From positions 112,904,001-112,968,000 of the forward strand of contig NC_087437.1 in NCBI RefSeq assembly GCF_036321535.1: a stretch of DNA of 64,000 bases, read 5' to 3'. Origin of the DNA: Camelus dromedarius. Taxonomy: Eukaryota. This document shows positions 50,400 through 64,000 of the stretch, in pieces (position 1 is the first letter of the stretch; each line of letters begins with the position of its first letter). The position numbers and the translations under genes are program-made. The notes below the pieces were generated by a model. It had not been told where the DNA came from. It searched no databases and was given only the letters and a program-made list of their open reading frames with translations.

Positions 50400-52200
50400 T
50401 TAAGTTTTTTCACTTCTACTTTTGAAATAATTTCAAATTGTAGGAAAGTTGTAAGAATAGTATGAACCCAGAAATCACCTTCACCCAGATTCATGGTAGT
50501 TAACAGTTTGTCATGTTGGCTTTGGCATTCTCTCTTATCAGATGCTTTCCTGAGCCATTTGAAAACCTAAGTTGCATGCGTTATTCTTCTTTACTCTTTT
50601 AGTACTTAGAGGTATATTTCTTAAGACAAAGACAATCACCCATATAATCACAATATGATTATCAAAATCTGGAAGGTAACAGTAGTGCAATATTTTAATC
50701 TAAAGTCTTTATTCAAATGTTGCTGTTCCAAAATGTTCTTTTATGGCAACCATTCTCTCTCTTTTTTTTAAAGTTCAGAACCCAGTCCATTGCATTTAGC
50801 TTTTCTGTTTCCTTTAATCTGAAATAGTTCCTTAGCTTTTCTTTGTCTTTTGTGGTATTGACATTTTTGAAGTTTAGAGGCCAGTCATTTTGTGAATGCC
50901 CCTCCACAATTTACTGTTATCTGTTTCCTTGTGATTAGATTCACACTGTGTTTTTGGTGGGACTACAACATTAAGCAATAATATGTCCCCAGAACTTCAC
51001 GTTGGGAGGCCTGTGATGTTGTGTTGTCCCATAATTGTTGACATTAACTTTGATACTTGATTGAAGTGGTATATACCAGGTTTCTCCACTGTATTGTTAA
51101 CACTTGCCCCTTTGGTAATAAGTAATTTGTGGGAAGATAATTTGAGACTACGTAAGTAACTTATTCCTCATCAGACTTGAACCCCTACTTTTAGCATCCA
51201 TTGATAATTCTTGCTTGAGTAAGTTATTACTACAGTGGTGTATAGCAGTGATTTTTCTAACTTTTTTTTTCTAACTTTACTGAAATGAGTTTCCCCACTT
51301 CCCCATTTATATGTTAGTTTGAACTCATGTATTATTTTATTTAGTGGGCTATAATTCATTACTGTCATTATTTTGCTCAAACATTTCCAGATTTATTTAG
51401 CAGGTCTCCCTTCTGGCTAGTTTGTGTTGTTTGTAACATGTTTCCATTATTTTTTGAGTACTTCTTATTTTCCAGCACAACAAGGGGTTCTAGGCTCACA
51501 TGGAATTTCCTTGCCCCATTCAGGATCAGGCATTTACTTAGGGAATGGTATTTAGAAACCAAGGTCTGGGTGTGCTCATTCTTAGAGGTAAACATGTTCA
51601 CTGCTTCTGGGCCCTTTTCAGTGTGCACATCTACTGATGCTTCCAATTGTAAACCAGCACTAGAGATTTCTTTTTGGCCTTCCCCCTTCTGTGTTGGTAT
51701 CTCCTTTGTCCAACAGCAAGAAATCTGATAGTACTAACACTGTTACTCATTTTTAACAATTTCATAGTCTCTTAGAATCAAAAAGTTTTGTGTGTCTAAA
51801 AATGTGATTATTCTACTCATTTGTTTGAAAGTTGGCTGAATATAAAATTCTGGATTGAGGAGTATTTTCCTTCAGAAATTTGTTAAGCATAACACCTTTT
51901 CACTTCTAATTCCTGTGTTCTCAAATTTCACGATTATGTGCCTTGATGAAAGCTTTTCTTTCATTGTATGGGCTGTCAGTGGCCTCTTTCAGCTTGATAT
52001 TCCTGTGTCCTTCAGTCTAGGCATAATTTTTCTCTTCTGTTTTCTCCCTTTTGGAACCTCCTTTGTCCAGCTCTTGGACTTTCTGGACTGGTCCAGTTGG
52101 TTTCAGTCTTTTGTCTTTTAATTTACATCTTTGTTTATTTGGTTTTTGTAGAGGTGTGTCTAAACTTTATTTTCCAACCCTTCTGTTGAAAAAGAATTTC
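50400..52200 (-). mobile_element. Ancient LINE-1 (L1MC/ME-like) fragments
   Basis: ttttgaaataatttcaaa...aagttgtaagaatagt, ccttcacccagattca, ggaatggtatttagaaaccaaggtctgggtg motifs. Confidence 0.65.
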
Positions 52201-52582
52201 TTTTAAATTTCTATCAGGTTTTTAGTTTTTAAGACTTCCAACTCTTTTGTATATGCTTGTGTTGAATCCTCTAACTTACTAGGAAATCCTGACATCCATT
52301 CTCCACTTAGCATTTGAAACTTGATATTTCAGAGTCTATTGCCCATTTCTGTCTTATCTTAAAAGAACATGTTGACAACCAGAAGCACAACGGGAGTTTC
52401 AAAATTCTGTTTATCTCTTTAAGTGCAAAGTTAATGGTTACTCCCATTTTGAAGGGGCCTTAGAAGTTGTCTATTTGATTTTTCTGTACCAAGCACAAAT
52501 CCCACCTATCAAAATATTTTTGTGAAATTTGGCATACATTCTCAGTCCATGAAACATGAACAGGTGTACAAAGTAGTGAATG

Positions 52583-53188
52583 CGATTGATTATTGTTATT
52601 TGTGGTAGTTACAGTCCATAAAGTTGCGCCTAACACTTGAATTAGTGAATATGAAGTCGTTGCCCCCTGGGGAAATGCATGGTTAGGTTCCTGCCAGTCT
52701 CTGGCTGGTCACCACATTTTGGTCAACCAGTCAGTACATAATTGTGTTTCATGTGTCTTGGTTTAAAGACATCATATTTAAAATATATTGTTGGTTCATA
52801 AACATTGATCTCAAGGCCAGCAGCACCCTAACTCATGCCTGAACAAAGCTTACTTAATACACGTATTTCCTCCATAAGGGACATCATATATTATTGCATT
52901 TGGAAACACTAGACAGTAAGTACTTCAGTACTGCACTTGGGCCACTTTAAACAGTGAAATCAGCAAAAAAAGCAGAAAAGTGTGAAAAACATGGCACTAC
53001 ATAGACCGTGAAAAGAACTCTTATTCATAGTGGGGGCTGAAACAAGAAGAGAGAGCATCACGTTGGACCTGAGCTGGGAATGTGCGTACTGTTCACCACT
53101 CTGCAGTGGGAGTGTTGGTTTGGAGGTTACAGACATTTTGGTAGGTGAATTGGCATATTTGAAATCCACGAATAATGAGCATCCACTG
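52583..53188. mobile_element. TcMar-Tigger non-autonomous DNA transposon (MER82-like)
   Basis: Degenerate terminal inverted repeats (cgattgattattgttatttgtgg ... ccacgaataatgagcatccactg followed by TA) and internal ggggaaatgcatggttaggttcctg. Confidence 0.8.
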
Positions 53189-53834
53189 TAACTGTGAAGC
53201 AGACATCTATGCAGCCACCACCCATGAGAACTAGAACTTTATCAGTCCCCACTCCTGAATGTTCATTTCATTTTGTAAAGAGTTTTTAAAGAGTTTAAAC
53301 TCTGATTTTAAAGAGTTTTCTTATGACCTCAAATTCGCCTCTGACTTTCATTCGGTAGTCCAAGTTATGCCCCTGAAGTGTAGCTTTCTTTCTCTTTGAG
53401 TATCTGATGATAAATATTCAAGATAAATACAGTCTTCAATTTTCAGTCTCAGAATCAGGCTTAATCTCCATTCTCTGGTGTGTGCATCACAGGACATGGA
53501 TTTCAGATACTTTACCATCTTTTTTTTTTTTTCTCCTGGGCAACTTTGAGGCAATTGATGTCCCTTTTTATGTGTGGCCTCCATGTTGAATACAGTACAC
53601 CAGGGGAGATGTTACTGATGTAAGACTGGAATGAGAAATAAATAAAACAGAATGGGAGCTACCATTCCTTTGGGTTTTATTCTTCTTCCAATTCTAATAT
53701 GAATTTTTATTGTCATACCCTCTAAAATACTGTTGTATCTATATGGGACTTGCTGACTCCACTTCCAGAGGTTTTTATAGTCTGAGTTTTGCTTTGATAT
53801 TTTCTGTACACAGTAGGAGTCTAATGTCCATTGT

Positions 53835-53876
53835 TTTTTGTTTTTGTTTTTGTTTTTGTTTTTGTTTTTGTTTTTG
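53835..53876. repeat. (TTTTTG)7 microsatellite
   Basis: Read directly from the sequence. Confidence 0.95.
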
Positions 53877-55341
53877 TTTTTAATTATGTCCCAAGAATCT
53901 TTAGAAGTTTGGAGGCACCTTTTTGAGTTTCTGACTGGATCTTTGTTTCCATCTTTCACCTGCTCCTAGCTCCTTGACTGTACATCGTACATCTCTGTGT
54001 TTGACTAACAGGATATGCTTAAATTTGTTAGGCATCTTCGCCTTTAAAAGAAAAAAATTTACATGTAAGGTGCTGTTTTCCTTTTTGCAATGAAGGTCTT
54101 ATTTCTCCTTGAATTTTATTACTTGGTTTAATCCTCTTTTCAGTTGAATAAAGTACAACTGGCAACTTCCATCTCTCATCTTTCCATTTATTCTTTTGAC
54201 ATACATGTTCATCAAACATTTATTGAATATGTGCCAGATTCTTTGCATCTCCAGCATCTTTACTAAGATGAGTAAGAAGCAACCTTGAAGAGGCTTAGTT
54301 AGGGAAGGGGATGTACTTCTACATAATTACACTTGCAAGATGTATGTGGATTGAGAGAGATACACATGGGGTTATGGAGGAAAGGCACACTTTCCTAGGA
54401 GGTAGCTGAATCTTGAAGGATGTCTTATTCCTTTAATTCCTCTGTGCTTTTATACCCTTTCTCCTCCCTGCTTTTCAGAGTGGTACCTTCATCCTATCAC
54501 TTGCACTGAGCACCACTGTAGTGGCTTGGTGGTGGACACACTTTTGGTCTGTTGTTCAGCAAGGTATGCAAATCTGACTCTCTTGCCAAAGCCCAAGTTT
54601 CTGACTGTATCAAGGCATGTTTTAAAAAATTTCTCTTAACCCAGTCAACTTACTGATACTTTTGCTAAACCCGTACACCAATGCTTAGAAGATTCACATG
54701 ATCTAAATAGAGATTTCTTCTAACCCTTTTGTCTCTACATCAGAATCCTTTGCTGATTCTCACCTTTCCTGATCTTCCTGTCATTCCATTCCACCCCTCC
54801 TCTCTGAACAGGTTGAAATATAAGGTGAAGGCAGGGAACTGAATTGTGCATGAAGGAGAGCGATCAGCAGGACAGGCACGGCTTGATGATGTCTACCTGA
54901 TGCCTGCTCTCACTATCAGTTTCATGAGCTGTGGCATTTCATTCACTTGCTGCCATAGTAACCAGGACTCCTGCCAGTCTTCCTGTTTCCCATCTTTTAT
55001 TCATCCGTAAGTGCATCTGGAAGGGAATGAGGAGGATAGAAATGGAAATTTCCCAGTAAAAAGACTGTGAATTTTGGAATGTTCTCAGAACAGTGAACCT
55101 GGGTACCTTATTTTTGGTATTTTTCCAGCTGTTCAGGTAGTATTAACCACAAGTAGTGACCTTTGGGGACTGTCATTTCATATTCGGGGGGCTACATTAT
55201 TACTGTGAGAAAAGTGGAGCTTTTATGTTCCTTAAATTAGAGTTGGAGGAGATCATTGCTGAAAATCCTTTATAAACTGCAGTTCAGCCAGAATCATTCA
55301 TCTTAGGGGTGATAAGAAAGAAGCCAGCCAACTTCCTACTA

Positions 55342-55495
55342 GAATGTGGTTCTCACCTTCGTCCACACCTGGGGAGCTTTAAAAAAATCCTAGTGCCCAA
55401 GATTTATGAATCCCCAGGCCAACTGAATAAAAATATCTGAGGGTGAGACATAGACATCTCACTTTTAAAACTCCCTAGGTGATTCTAATGTACTC
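55342..55495. mobile_element. hAT-Charlie MITE (MER5A-like)
   Basis: gtggttctca...cacctggggagctttaaaaa...ctccctaggtgattctaatgtac. Confidence 0.75.
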
Positions 55496-58400
55496 TAGAG
55501 GAACGCCTTGACGAGCCCCCTTAAATGGCCTTAAATGGCCTCTGAATGACATTCTTTGACTTGAGACCTTGAAAACCAGTGGATTTAAATTTATTCATTT
55601 GTAATCTTTTGATATCAATACTGATATTGATGTCTCAGCACAGACTAGTTTCAGGGGGTCCCTTGGATGCCCACTACATTTAAAGTAAGTCCAGTTTATG
55701 ATTTAAAGGCATTCCATCTGCCTTGCAGCTGAAGTGCTTTACCAACCATCCTACCGCTTTTCTAGTTACAAATTCAGCAATGCTGTGAACTATGACTCTT
55801 TTATTTCTTGCACTTTGCTTTTGGCATGGCGTTGATCTTTGCCAAACTTGGTAATTGTTGGATCCTTACTCCTCTGATTTCTTTTCTTCCATTCTTCCCT
55901 GGGTTCTTTTTATTTTCATCACATTGTTCAGAGAATATGTTTTTCTGTTACATTTCCCAGATCGCCAGAACCTCAGTCCTGGTTGCATGACCATAGAATA
56001 GGCAGGCTCCTCTTTCTTGTTTTTCTTACCATCTTGCTTTTATTGGCTGCTGTGTTCTCAAGGCCAAACTTGGCCCTGTCCCATAACATCTCTTTGGTTG
56101 CCCTGATTCTAGAAACAGAGATCTCTGGGCTTCTGTCTTCGACTAGATTCGTTTTCCCTCTGATTCCCAAGGGGCAGAGCAGCCAGTTGTAATAGCTCAT
56201 GATGCTGGAAGTATAGCTTGCACGGCTCTTTCAGGAACCACTGAAAGCTTTCCATCTGTACCTCTCTGCTTATTACATTATTTAAAACGTAAATGATGTG
56301 GAGTCAGTGAATGAGTTGTAAACGTTGAGGCATAGTTTCAGGGCTTTGACACAGAATTCACAAGTTATGGCACATTGTCATAGACTTAGGGGAAGAAATT
56401 CTTAAAACAAAATAAAACTGAATCCGCCCTTCCCCTCCCCAGGTTTAATTTTTAAAACATCTTTCATTGCTCATTGTAAGAGAAATCAGATAATAAAGCA
56501 AAGAGGAGAATAGAATACACCTCTCATCTTACTACCTGTGGAAAACTAATGTCATTCAGCTGTATGTTCATGCAGACTTTCTAAATGTACATGTACGTTA
56601 GTACTTTTTTTTCTTTTAGAAAAAAACTGGATTGACCCTACATGCTGATTTTTTTTAATTTTATTTTTAAAATATTTTCATGTCCATGTATAAGGATCAA
56701 CATCTTGTTTTTTAATGGCTGCATAGTAGTTGTTCAATCAGTGAAAATACTTTATTGAACCAGACTCCTGTTAGTGGACAAATACTTTTCCATCTATTCA
56801 CTGTCCTGGTAGCTTTGTGGTGAATGTTTTCATAGCTAAATCCTTATACTTCGGTATGGCCGTTTTCTTAATTTCCTAAAAATGGCCATAGGATTGAAGG
56901 TATACACATTTTAAACTAATATAGATTGCCGTATTTGATCTCCAGAAAGTTGACATTTTTACCAAAAGTGTGTTTGAAGACACTGAAATCTTAATGTAGG
57001 CAAAAAATTGCCATGAGTGGAAAAAAGCAGTGGATTCTACCTATACCCAGCACAATGCCCACATCGATTCCACCCCAAATATAAATTCTATCAGAACCGT
57101 CTTCCTGTCATCCTGTTAGTGCAACCTGTTCTGAGAGGATGCTGACTGACTGTCCTTCCACCTCTTACAGAGATGCTCAGTCTTTTGGATCTGGCTGAAG
57201 TCTGCCATCTCTAACTCACCAGTCAGAAATATTTCACCCTCCTTTTTATTAGTGACTTACGTGTGTCTGCATATCTACATCACAGACTTCTAAAGGGCAG
57301 GGAATTTGTATTTCATATCCCCATGGCTACCCTATTAGAGGTGGATTTCATAGTGAGAAACTTGGAAATACTTGTCTTGAGGGACACACTTTGAAAGGAA
57401 TGTTTGTGGATAAATATTAGGTTAAGCCTTAAGAAATGGTCAATATTTGGACTGTTCTTGATCCCCCCAAATGGCAGTTTCTTAAAGTACAACCTATATT
57501 TCTGATACCCACAGAGTTTGGTGTGTTTATAAGAGATCATTCAGTTTGCTGTCACTCCATTTCCAGGTGTGGATGTATGCACCTTCTTTTTTACAGCTGA
57601 TTTATGCCATTAAGATTATTTTAAAATCATTCCCCAGTGGGGATTTATAGGTGCCCCCCTCCCATAACTGTGTCTCAAAAAGGTGATTGTGTAAGTTGAA
57701 TATCATATTCATGAGTGCTTTTCACTTAGTACATACTTAAGGAACTCTTAGAGCTCTGTTGCTTTAATGGTTAAATGACCACTTGATATATCTGAGCTGT
57801 AAATCTGCAGTATTTAGCATTATTTAAAATTTTTGAGGTATTTTTCATTTTGCAGAGCACACAGCAGTGGCTTATAAAAAGAAGCAGTTTTTCACTGAAT
57901 TACAGTATTTGTTACTTTCCTAGTACACTTGATGTGTATCGATGGGTTCCCTTCTCTTCTTCCCTCATTCTCTCCCCCGCTTTTTAAAGTCTGTAAAGTC
58001 TTTGTTCATGATTATTCTCTCTTTCTGGTAAATGATCTGTTAAATATGATTCATGGGCAAAGTAGTATAGCAGTTAGTTCTTAAAAGTGTTTTCTATCTT
58101 TTACCTTCAAAGAGTCTGTAAGTTAATCTTCTAGTCACTTACCTACAAGTTACAGAGTGTATAATAGTCCACTGTAGGTAAGTATAATCATGTTCCAGCA
58201 TGTATTTGTTTAGCTTTGTGTTTTTTTTTTTTTTTTACTGTTCTAGACTTGCCCTTAGTGAATTTTATTCTAATTTTTAAAATAGCTTCTGTGCTTAGTA
58301 ATTTTTGCCCTTAATTACCAGGAGAACTACAGCTCTTGATTCAATAAATTGTGGGGTAAAGGGGTTCTCTTGAGTCATAAAAATATTTGATAAAACAGTT

Positions 58401-59222
58401 CCCATGGAATCATTCTCAGAGTTGGGCACCGTAGATGGTGTTAGGCAGGGCCGGCACTTCACACATTTTGAGGTAGATGGTGTCCATTCTGTTCTTCCCA
58501 CCAAGGTCTGCTAGTGACAGAACTTCCCTGGAAGCTAATACTACTGTTGAAAGATACTCACAGATTTTCTCTTCCAAACTGCTGTGAGAATCTCAATGCA
58601 GACTTTCCTGGGACTTTCTCTGTATTTGGAAATGCAAATTTCAAGGATATTTTCTTAAGGAGCTAAACCTTGGAATTAAGATGCAACAAAGAGTGGGAAA
58701 GGCTTTTACATTTACATTTTCACAGATTTTAACAGTTTTATGACCTGGCTCCTGCTTTCCTAAATCTTAGACTTGCTCCTGGTTGCTGCACAGCCCTTTG
58801 TAACATGAGAAAGGCAGGGTGTAGGTAGGTAGATGCTACATGCCACTAAGTGTTGTGGATTCTGTGTCATTTTCATTTCCTGGTAGGCTGTGACGGTTTT
58901 GTAGTGATAGCCGGGTGCACCCTAGGGCCACTGGCTCAAAACTGTCTTGGCCAGAGAATCTAATTTACAAGATAATTTTGTTGACATGCTTCTCTTCTGG
59001 GATGAAAATATGTTGAATTAGATTAAATACTGGTCATTGACCTATGGTGATGTTTGTGGTACTTCTGTGAATTATTAGCTTAGTAATAACCTTACTGAAT
59101 TGGGAATTTTATTTGGGGGGCAAGGGGAGATGTACTTCCTTTTATTTTCCTTGTCTCCTTGTTGTCATAGAAACTTTGCCCATTAGAATTCCTAGAACTG
59201 CAGTTTTCAAAATGTGATCTGA

Positions 59223-59432
59223 GTGGGATTAGCAGATTCCAACTACTGTATATAGAATAGATGAAAAACAAGGTCCTACTGTGCAGCACAGGGAACTACA
59301 TTCAAAACTTGTAATAACCTGTAATGAAAAAGAATATGAAAAGAATATATATATATGTATAACTGAATCACTCTGCTCTATACCAGAAACTAACACAACA
59401 TTGTAAGCTGGCTATACTTCAATTAAAATAAA
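59223..59432 (+). mobile_element. Short 5'-truncated LINE-1 3' end (cetartiodactyl type)
   Basis: gggattagcaga...aacaaggtcctactgtgcagcacagggaac...taactgaatcactctgct...aacacaacattgtaa...acttcaattaaaa; imperfect flanking repeat AAAATGTGATCTGA / AAAAAGTGACCTGA. Confidence 0.88.
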
Positions 59433-60200
59433 AAGTGACCTGAAAAGCCTTGGACTTCTCAGAGACCTTTTCAGGGGATCACTGCAAAAGCAGTAGTGTG
59501 TAAAACAGCTGGTGTCTTAGTATAAATCTAGGCACCAGCACCAAACTTTATTAGTAGTCAGTGTATTTCTCACCACCATGCAATCGTAGTGTTTTTTAAA
59601 AGGCAGTTTCACTTCAGAACGTCCTTCAGAATGGTGCCGGAATAGTATTAGAATTTAATCTTGGCAGAGGCTTTAGAAGTTGGCAAGTCTAACCTCCCAC
59701 CCAGTGGAAAGATTGATCCGATGGTCATCCCAGTCTTTGCACTTCGAGTGACGGAAAGGTCATTGCTTCACAGGGCAGCCTATTTCACGTCCATGGAGCT
59801 GTCATTTTCAGAAATGTGTCCTTTATATGTCAAGGCTCTGTTTCTCTGTAATTTTTACCCATTGATTCCAGTCAAACTCTCAGGGTCCAATCAAAATAAG
59901 ACATATCTGTCGTTTGCATAGTAGCCCTGAAAGTATTTGAAGTCAGCTGTTGAGGTTTCCCTAAGGTGGGCTTTTGTGGCCTGGATACCAGTAGTTCGAG
60001 TAATCATTAATAATAAGATCAAAATTTGGTTTTAATTTTCTCTTAGGGTGAATTTTCTTGAAGTATTGTTTAGTGTAAATTCTTATGTTATCAGCAAATA
60101 ATCAGAACAATCTAAGTTTAACATTTATGTTTATATATATTTGAACTTTATATTTTTGAAATATATTTAGTTTCACTTCTATTGGATGAATTCTGGATTC

Positions 60201-60285
60201 TTTTTTTTTAATTGAAATATAGTTGGTTTACAATGTTTTGTTAATTTCTGGTGTACAGCATAGTGATTTAGTTATACATACATAT
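60201..60285 (-). mobile_element. LINE-1 extreme 3' end fragment
   Basis: Poly-T then aattgaaatatagttggtttacaatg...gtgtacagcatagtgatt. Confidence 0.8.
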
Positions 60286-60397
60286 TTTTAAGTTTTTTGG
60301 GGGTAGGTAATTGGGCTTATTTATTTATTTAATGTCAGTACCAAGGATTGAACCCAAGACCTCGTGCATGCTAAGCATGCACTCTGCCACTGAGCTC
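60286..60397 (-). mobile_element. tRNA-Ala-derived SINE (Vic-1-like), second copy
   Basis: Minus strand AGCTCAGTGGCAGAGTGCATGCTTAGCATGCACGAGGTCTTGGGTTCAATCC (AGC anticodon arm) with the same tail module as the 44.7-kb copy. Confidence 0.85.
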
Positions 60398-61724
60398 CTT
60401 CTGTTAGATTCTTTTAAACTGCAAATTTGTATTTAAAAAAAAAAAAAATTTTGGCGCTACGTGAAGTAAACATAAAAACACTAGTACTATAATTTTGCTT
60501 CAGTATTGCAGTCACTACCCTGATAGTGAGCTTTGTGTTTATGAAAAGTAGCTTCAAATTGTATTAGAGAAAGGAGGAAGCTTCAGATTCCTGGTGGAGC
60601 AGGGAAACTGGAGTACGTAAGCAAGAGACCCTCTTTGGGAGGTACAATTGATGCATTAATTTATTCAACAACCATTTCTAGTGCCAGCTTCGTGATATGG
60701 ACTTAAGGAGTACAGTTGTGTACCAGATAGACAAAAGTCCTTGCTCTCCTGAAGCTTCCATTCTAGTGATGAAAGAGTGTTGCTGTGTGGAAGTAAACGG
60801 GGTGACACAAGGAGTCCCTGGGGTTGGGGTTTGGGGCACTTCTGGGTGATGAGGAGGTCAGAATGAGGAACACAGAAAGAAAAGAGAGACTTTTAAAAAA
60901 CATTGGGTGACTCCAGGATATTTTGAGAATTGTGACATAAATGTATACGTGAAGCTTACAGAAACAGAAAATTTGTTGAGAATCACTAATGTAGCACACG
61001 AGGAAAGTGAGGCACAATTTAAAATGGATAAATTTTAATAGTTTATCCAGGGTTGTCTGACATTAGTGGAGGAGCAGGGACTGCAGTCCAGTTTTCCTAG
61101 CTCCCATTCACATTCATTCACTGTTTCTTTTCCATATTTTTTTCAAGTGAGCGATTTCCGCCCTCCAATCTGTGCTGTAACAAAATTGTGTTTCATTGAC
61201 ATATGGTGGATTGGAGGAAAGTCTGAGGGAGCTGCTTTCAGATGGGGTGAGAGAAGCCTATAAGGAGCGCGTGTGCACAACCTCTCTTAGAATAGTTGGA
61301 ATTAAGTGGTTCAGAGACCTTGTAAATGAGAATTACGGCAGCAAGATCATGTGCTTCCTGTAGACCATATGTTTTTACAAATTGAACATTGTGCTGTATT
61401 GAGCAGAACTTTTTTTTTTGAAGCCTAAAATTTTATATTAATAAATATGTAGGTTTCACCAAATGAGGCAATTTGAAAGCCTGTATTGATATATTAGGAG
61501 CTTGGTGGATGGAGCGCTGATTTTGCAGAATCCCTTCTGAGTCCTGTGATGATCTGAACAGTCAGGCTGATATTCCTTATTAGGCTGGTGCCCTGCGTGT
61601 CTCCCTGAGGACTGATCCCATGGGAGTGCACTGTCTGTACCCCAGGGGCCCAGGTTCGCATGGTGCATTTTAAGGTGAGTGGATTGAGGCTTTGCCAGCT
61701 TCCCTCAGCCCGTTAGAAGGTAGA

Positions 61725-61922
61725 GCAGAAGCTGGCCAGATAGTAAGTAATTCAGGCTTGTGGGCCATACAGTCTCTGCTGTAACTGCAGGTCTGCTTTT
61801 ACCACGAGAGCTGCCGCGGACACTACATAAATGCATAAGCTGGCTGCGCTCCAATAAAACTTTATTTGCAGAAACAAGTTGTGAGCGAGATTTGGGCCAC
61901 AGGCTTTGTTTGCTGACCCTTG
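61725..61922. mobile_element. hAT-Charlie MITE (MER58A-like)
   Basis: ggccagatagtaagta...gtgggccatacagtctctg...ccaataaaactttattt...tttgctgaccc. Confidence 0.8.
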
Positions 61923-63154
61923 ATTTAGAGTGATGAGGTGAGGTATATGGTGTAAGGTACAAGTTGAGCTCCCTTAATAAACAGGGACTCTTTTAGCCCC
62001 TTCTTCTTTTTACACTTCTGGGTATTCTGAAGTTACAGTGAAATGAATTTGGTCATTCAAGCAGTCTACAGTTTGACCTTGACATTACTGAGGTCGAAAT
62101 GTGTTCTGATATTTTCCTAAGTTGCATTCTTGTTAGGTAGCCTTTACCCTTTTTTGGACAGAAGAAAATCTTTTATTTTACAAGCTCTTACTTCAGAAGA
62201 GGGTGCTCCGTTTTTCACACTGTAAACACTTCACTTGGAATTTAAACAAGAGGTATTGAGATATATTCCTTTTTAATCAGGCAAAACTGAAATTAAAATT
62301 AATGCTTTGAGTAGCTAATCAGAAGACTATAATCAATCAAAGTATGTTTTTTTTACCCATTCTTTATTTGGATAGACTGTTCATCCACCTTATCAGTTAA
62401 TTGTATCAGTAAATAGTATTTTAAATGAAATGAAATATTAACTGTTGTTAGGAATGAGGTTTCTGCAAAATTTGTAAATACCTGCTAGTGAAATATGAGG
62501 AGAATTTAGTCTCCATTTTGTTGGAACTATATAAGAATGTTTGTTTGCAATCATAAGGAGAAATTGCTGTAGACTTTTACCTAGTTAGTGTTAATGCAAA
62601 GAGATAGTTGGCTCCTGTTTTTATTTTCATGAAATTTCCGTTTATCATAAGGGTGATTAAATATATAAATTCACATAATTTTCATTAGGTATTTTTGAAG
62701 TCTATGGTGGGCTACAATAGGAATGAAAGGAGAAATTTTATTTCTGAACCTTAAACTAATACTTAGTATATTCACAGCATTTCAGCAGTATTTGTCAGAA
62801 AGAAAATATACAGCTATATCGTGGATTCTTCTTGGGCTACTGGAATGCATACTTAAAATTTGTTCTGCAGTTTTCTTTTCATTTGATCTAAAATGAGCCA
62901 CTGGAAGGTAGGCTTTTCGTAAGTTCACCCCTGCACTTCACGATTTCTTTACTTGCATTTCTTCATTTATGTCTTTGAGAAGTTCCCTTTTGCTTGCCCA
63001 GGTGTCCTCTGGCCTCCTTTCCCTGACTTGACTTTTGTCAGTGTTCCTTTTTTTTTTGCCTCAGGCCCTACCACCTGCTAACTGCCACGTGATCTCAAAG
63101 TTATGGCATCTCTCAGGGTCCCAGTTTCCAAATCTGTAAACCTTCTTTACTCTG

Positions 63155-63157
<3 letters not shown>

Positions 63158-63215
<58 letters not shown>
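63158..63215. repeat. (TG)29 microsatellite
   Basis: Read directly from the sequence. Confidence 0.97.
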
Positions 63216-63217
<2 letters not shown>

Positions 63218-64000
63218 GATTAACTATGTGACATTAGAACACTAGACTAGCATTGGGCATATAGCAGTCACGCAGCAAATCATGTTGGCCATTGATGACG
63301 TTGTTTAAAGCATCTTACATTTTATCTTCTGACTGATTCATTCCCCCTTTAACTAGTAACTTGCTTAAGTTTTCTCTCTCCTCAAACACTTTGCTTGAAT
63401 ATGTTTGCCCCTCAGGCTCTGGAACTTTCTTTTGGTCGTCGTTGCCATCACACCTCTACCATGGATGTCTTTGCAATCTGACTTCTAGCCCTATCTTGCT
63501 AAGTGACCATGTGGTCACCACGCTGTGGCTTTTTCTTCATCTCCACCCTGTATCCTGTCGTTTTGGAGGCTGCCTCTTCCCTTAGTTTCTGTGACAGGGC
63601 AGATCTGATTTACCTTCTGCTGTTTGCTTCTCTTACTTCAAGTCCTCTTGTCAGTCCGCCAAGTGTTTGTGCTCCCCAAGCTTCTGTGGATCTCATCCTC
63701 AGTGATCTCCACATTCCCCTCAGTGATCTCACCTACTGCCAAGGTTTCAGGTAGCCCCTCTCGGCAGATGACTAACCTGCCCTGTTGTTTTGAGCTTAAG
63801 GTTTACATCTTGAGAGGTTAACTTGGAGAAGCTGTGGGTATCTCAGACTCAGCATGTCCTAAACCAGATTCATCTTCTGTGGTCCCTGGCCAGCTACTCC
63901 AGATTTCTTTTTAGCTGTTAATAACAACCCCATATTTAGTGCCCCCTTTGCCACACCTCTTCCTCATTTTCTACATTTCATTAGTTGTGTCTTCCTGTTT

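Noticed and set aside
55520..55634. 10-bp tandem repeat (CTTAAATGGC x2) and small hairpin GATATCAATA-CTGA-TATTGATGTC
   Set aside because: Too short to separate from chance or simple slippage, and too short for a pre-miRNA.
50300..64000. MRPS6 exon 2
   Set aside because: I found no segment encoding the expected continuation (PETAA.LKR-like); it probably lies beyond the window end.
1..64000. CRISPR arrays, operons or other prokaryotic systems
   Set aside because: The sequence is mammalian and shows no regularly spaced repeat-spacer array.

Overview
Mammalian (eutherian) genomic DNA, probably a camelid, because it carries two tRNA-Ala-derived SINEs resembling the camelid Vic-1 family. It covers the nested MRPS6/SLC5A3 locus on the + strand. 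Bases 1-15 kb are repeat-rich upstream sequence (L1, ERVL/MaLR LTR, MIR and L2 remnants). A CpG island at about 15.2-17.4 kb holds the promoter and exon 1, which encodes the first 15 aa of MRPS6 (ATG 16466, donor after 16510). A 22-kb intron leads to a large terminal exon (acceptor 38480/38481) carrying the intronless 718-aa SLC5A3/SMIT1 sodium/myo-inositol cotransporter CDS (38820-40976) and a roughly 9.2-kb 3' UTR ending near AATAAA at 50188. The rest is further MRPS6 intron 1; MRPS6 exon 2 is not in the window. I found no clearly new biological system. The most interesting points are regulatory: the MRPS6 start acts as a uORF in SLC5A3 mRNA, followed by three more uORFs; in-frame alternative donors and a possible second first exon lie in the CpG island; a donor lies inside the SLC5A3 CDS; a TonE and an NRF1-like site are adjacent. 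Structural oddities include an exact 143-bp tandem duplication, a SINE with target-site duplications in the 3' UTR, a possible retrocopied mRNA 3' end and two perfect palindromes. Repeat family names come from memory of consensus sequences, and repeat boundaries are approximate.
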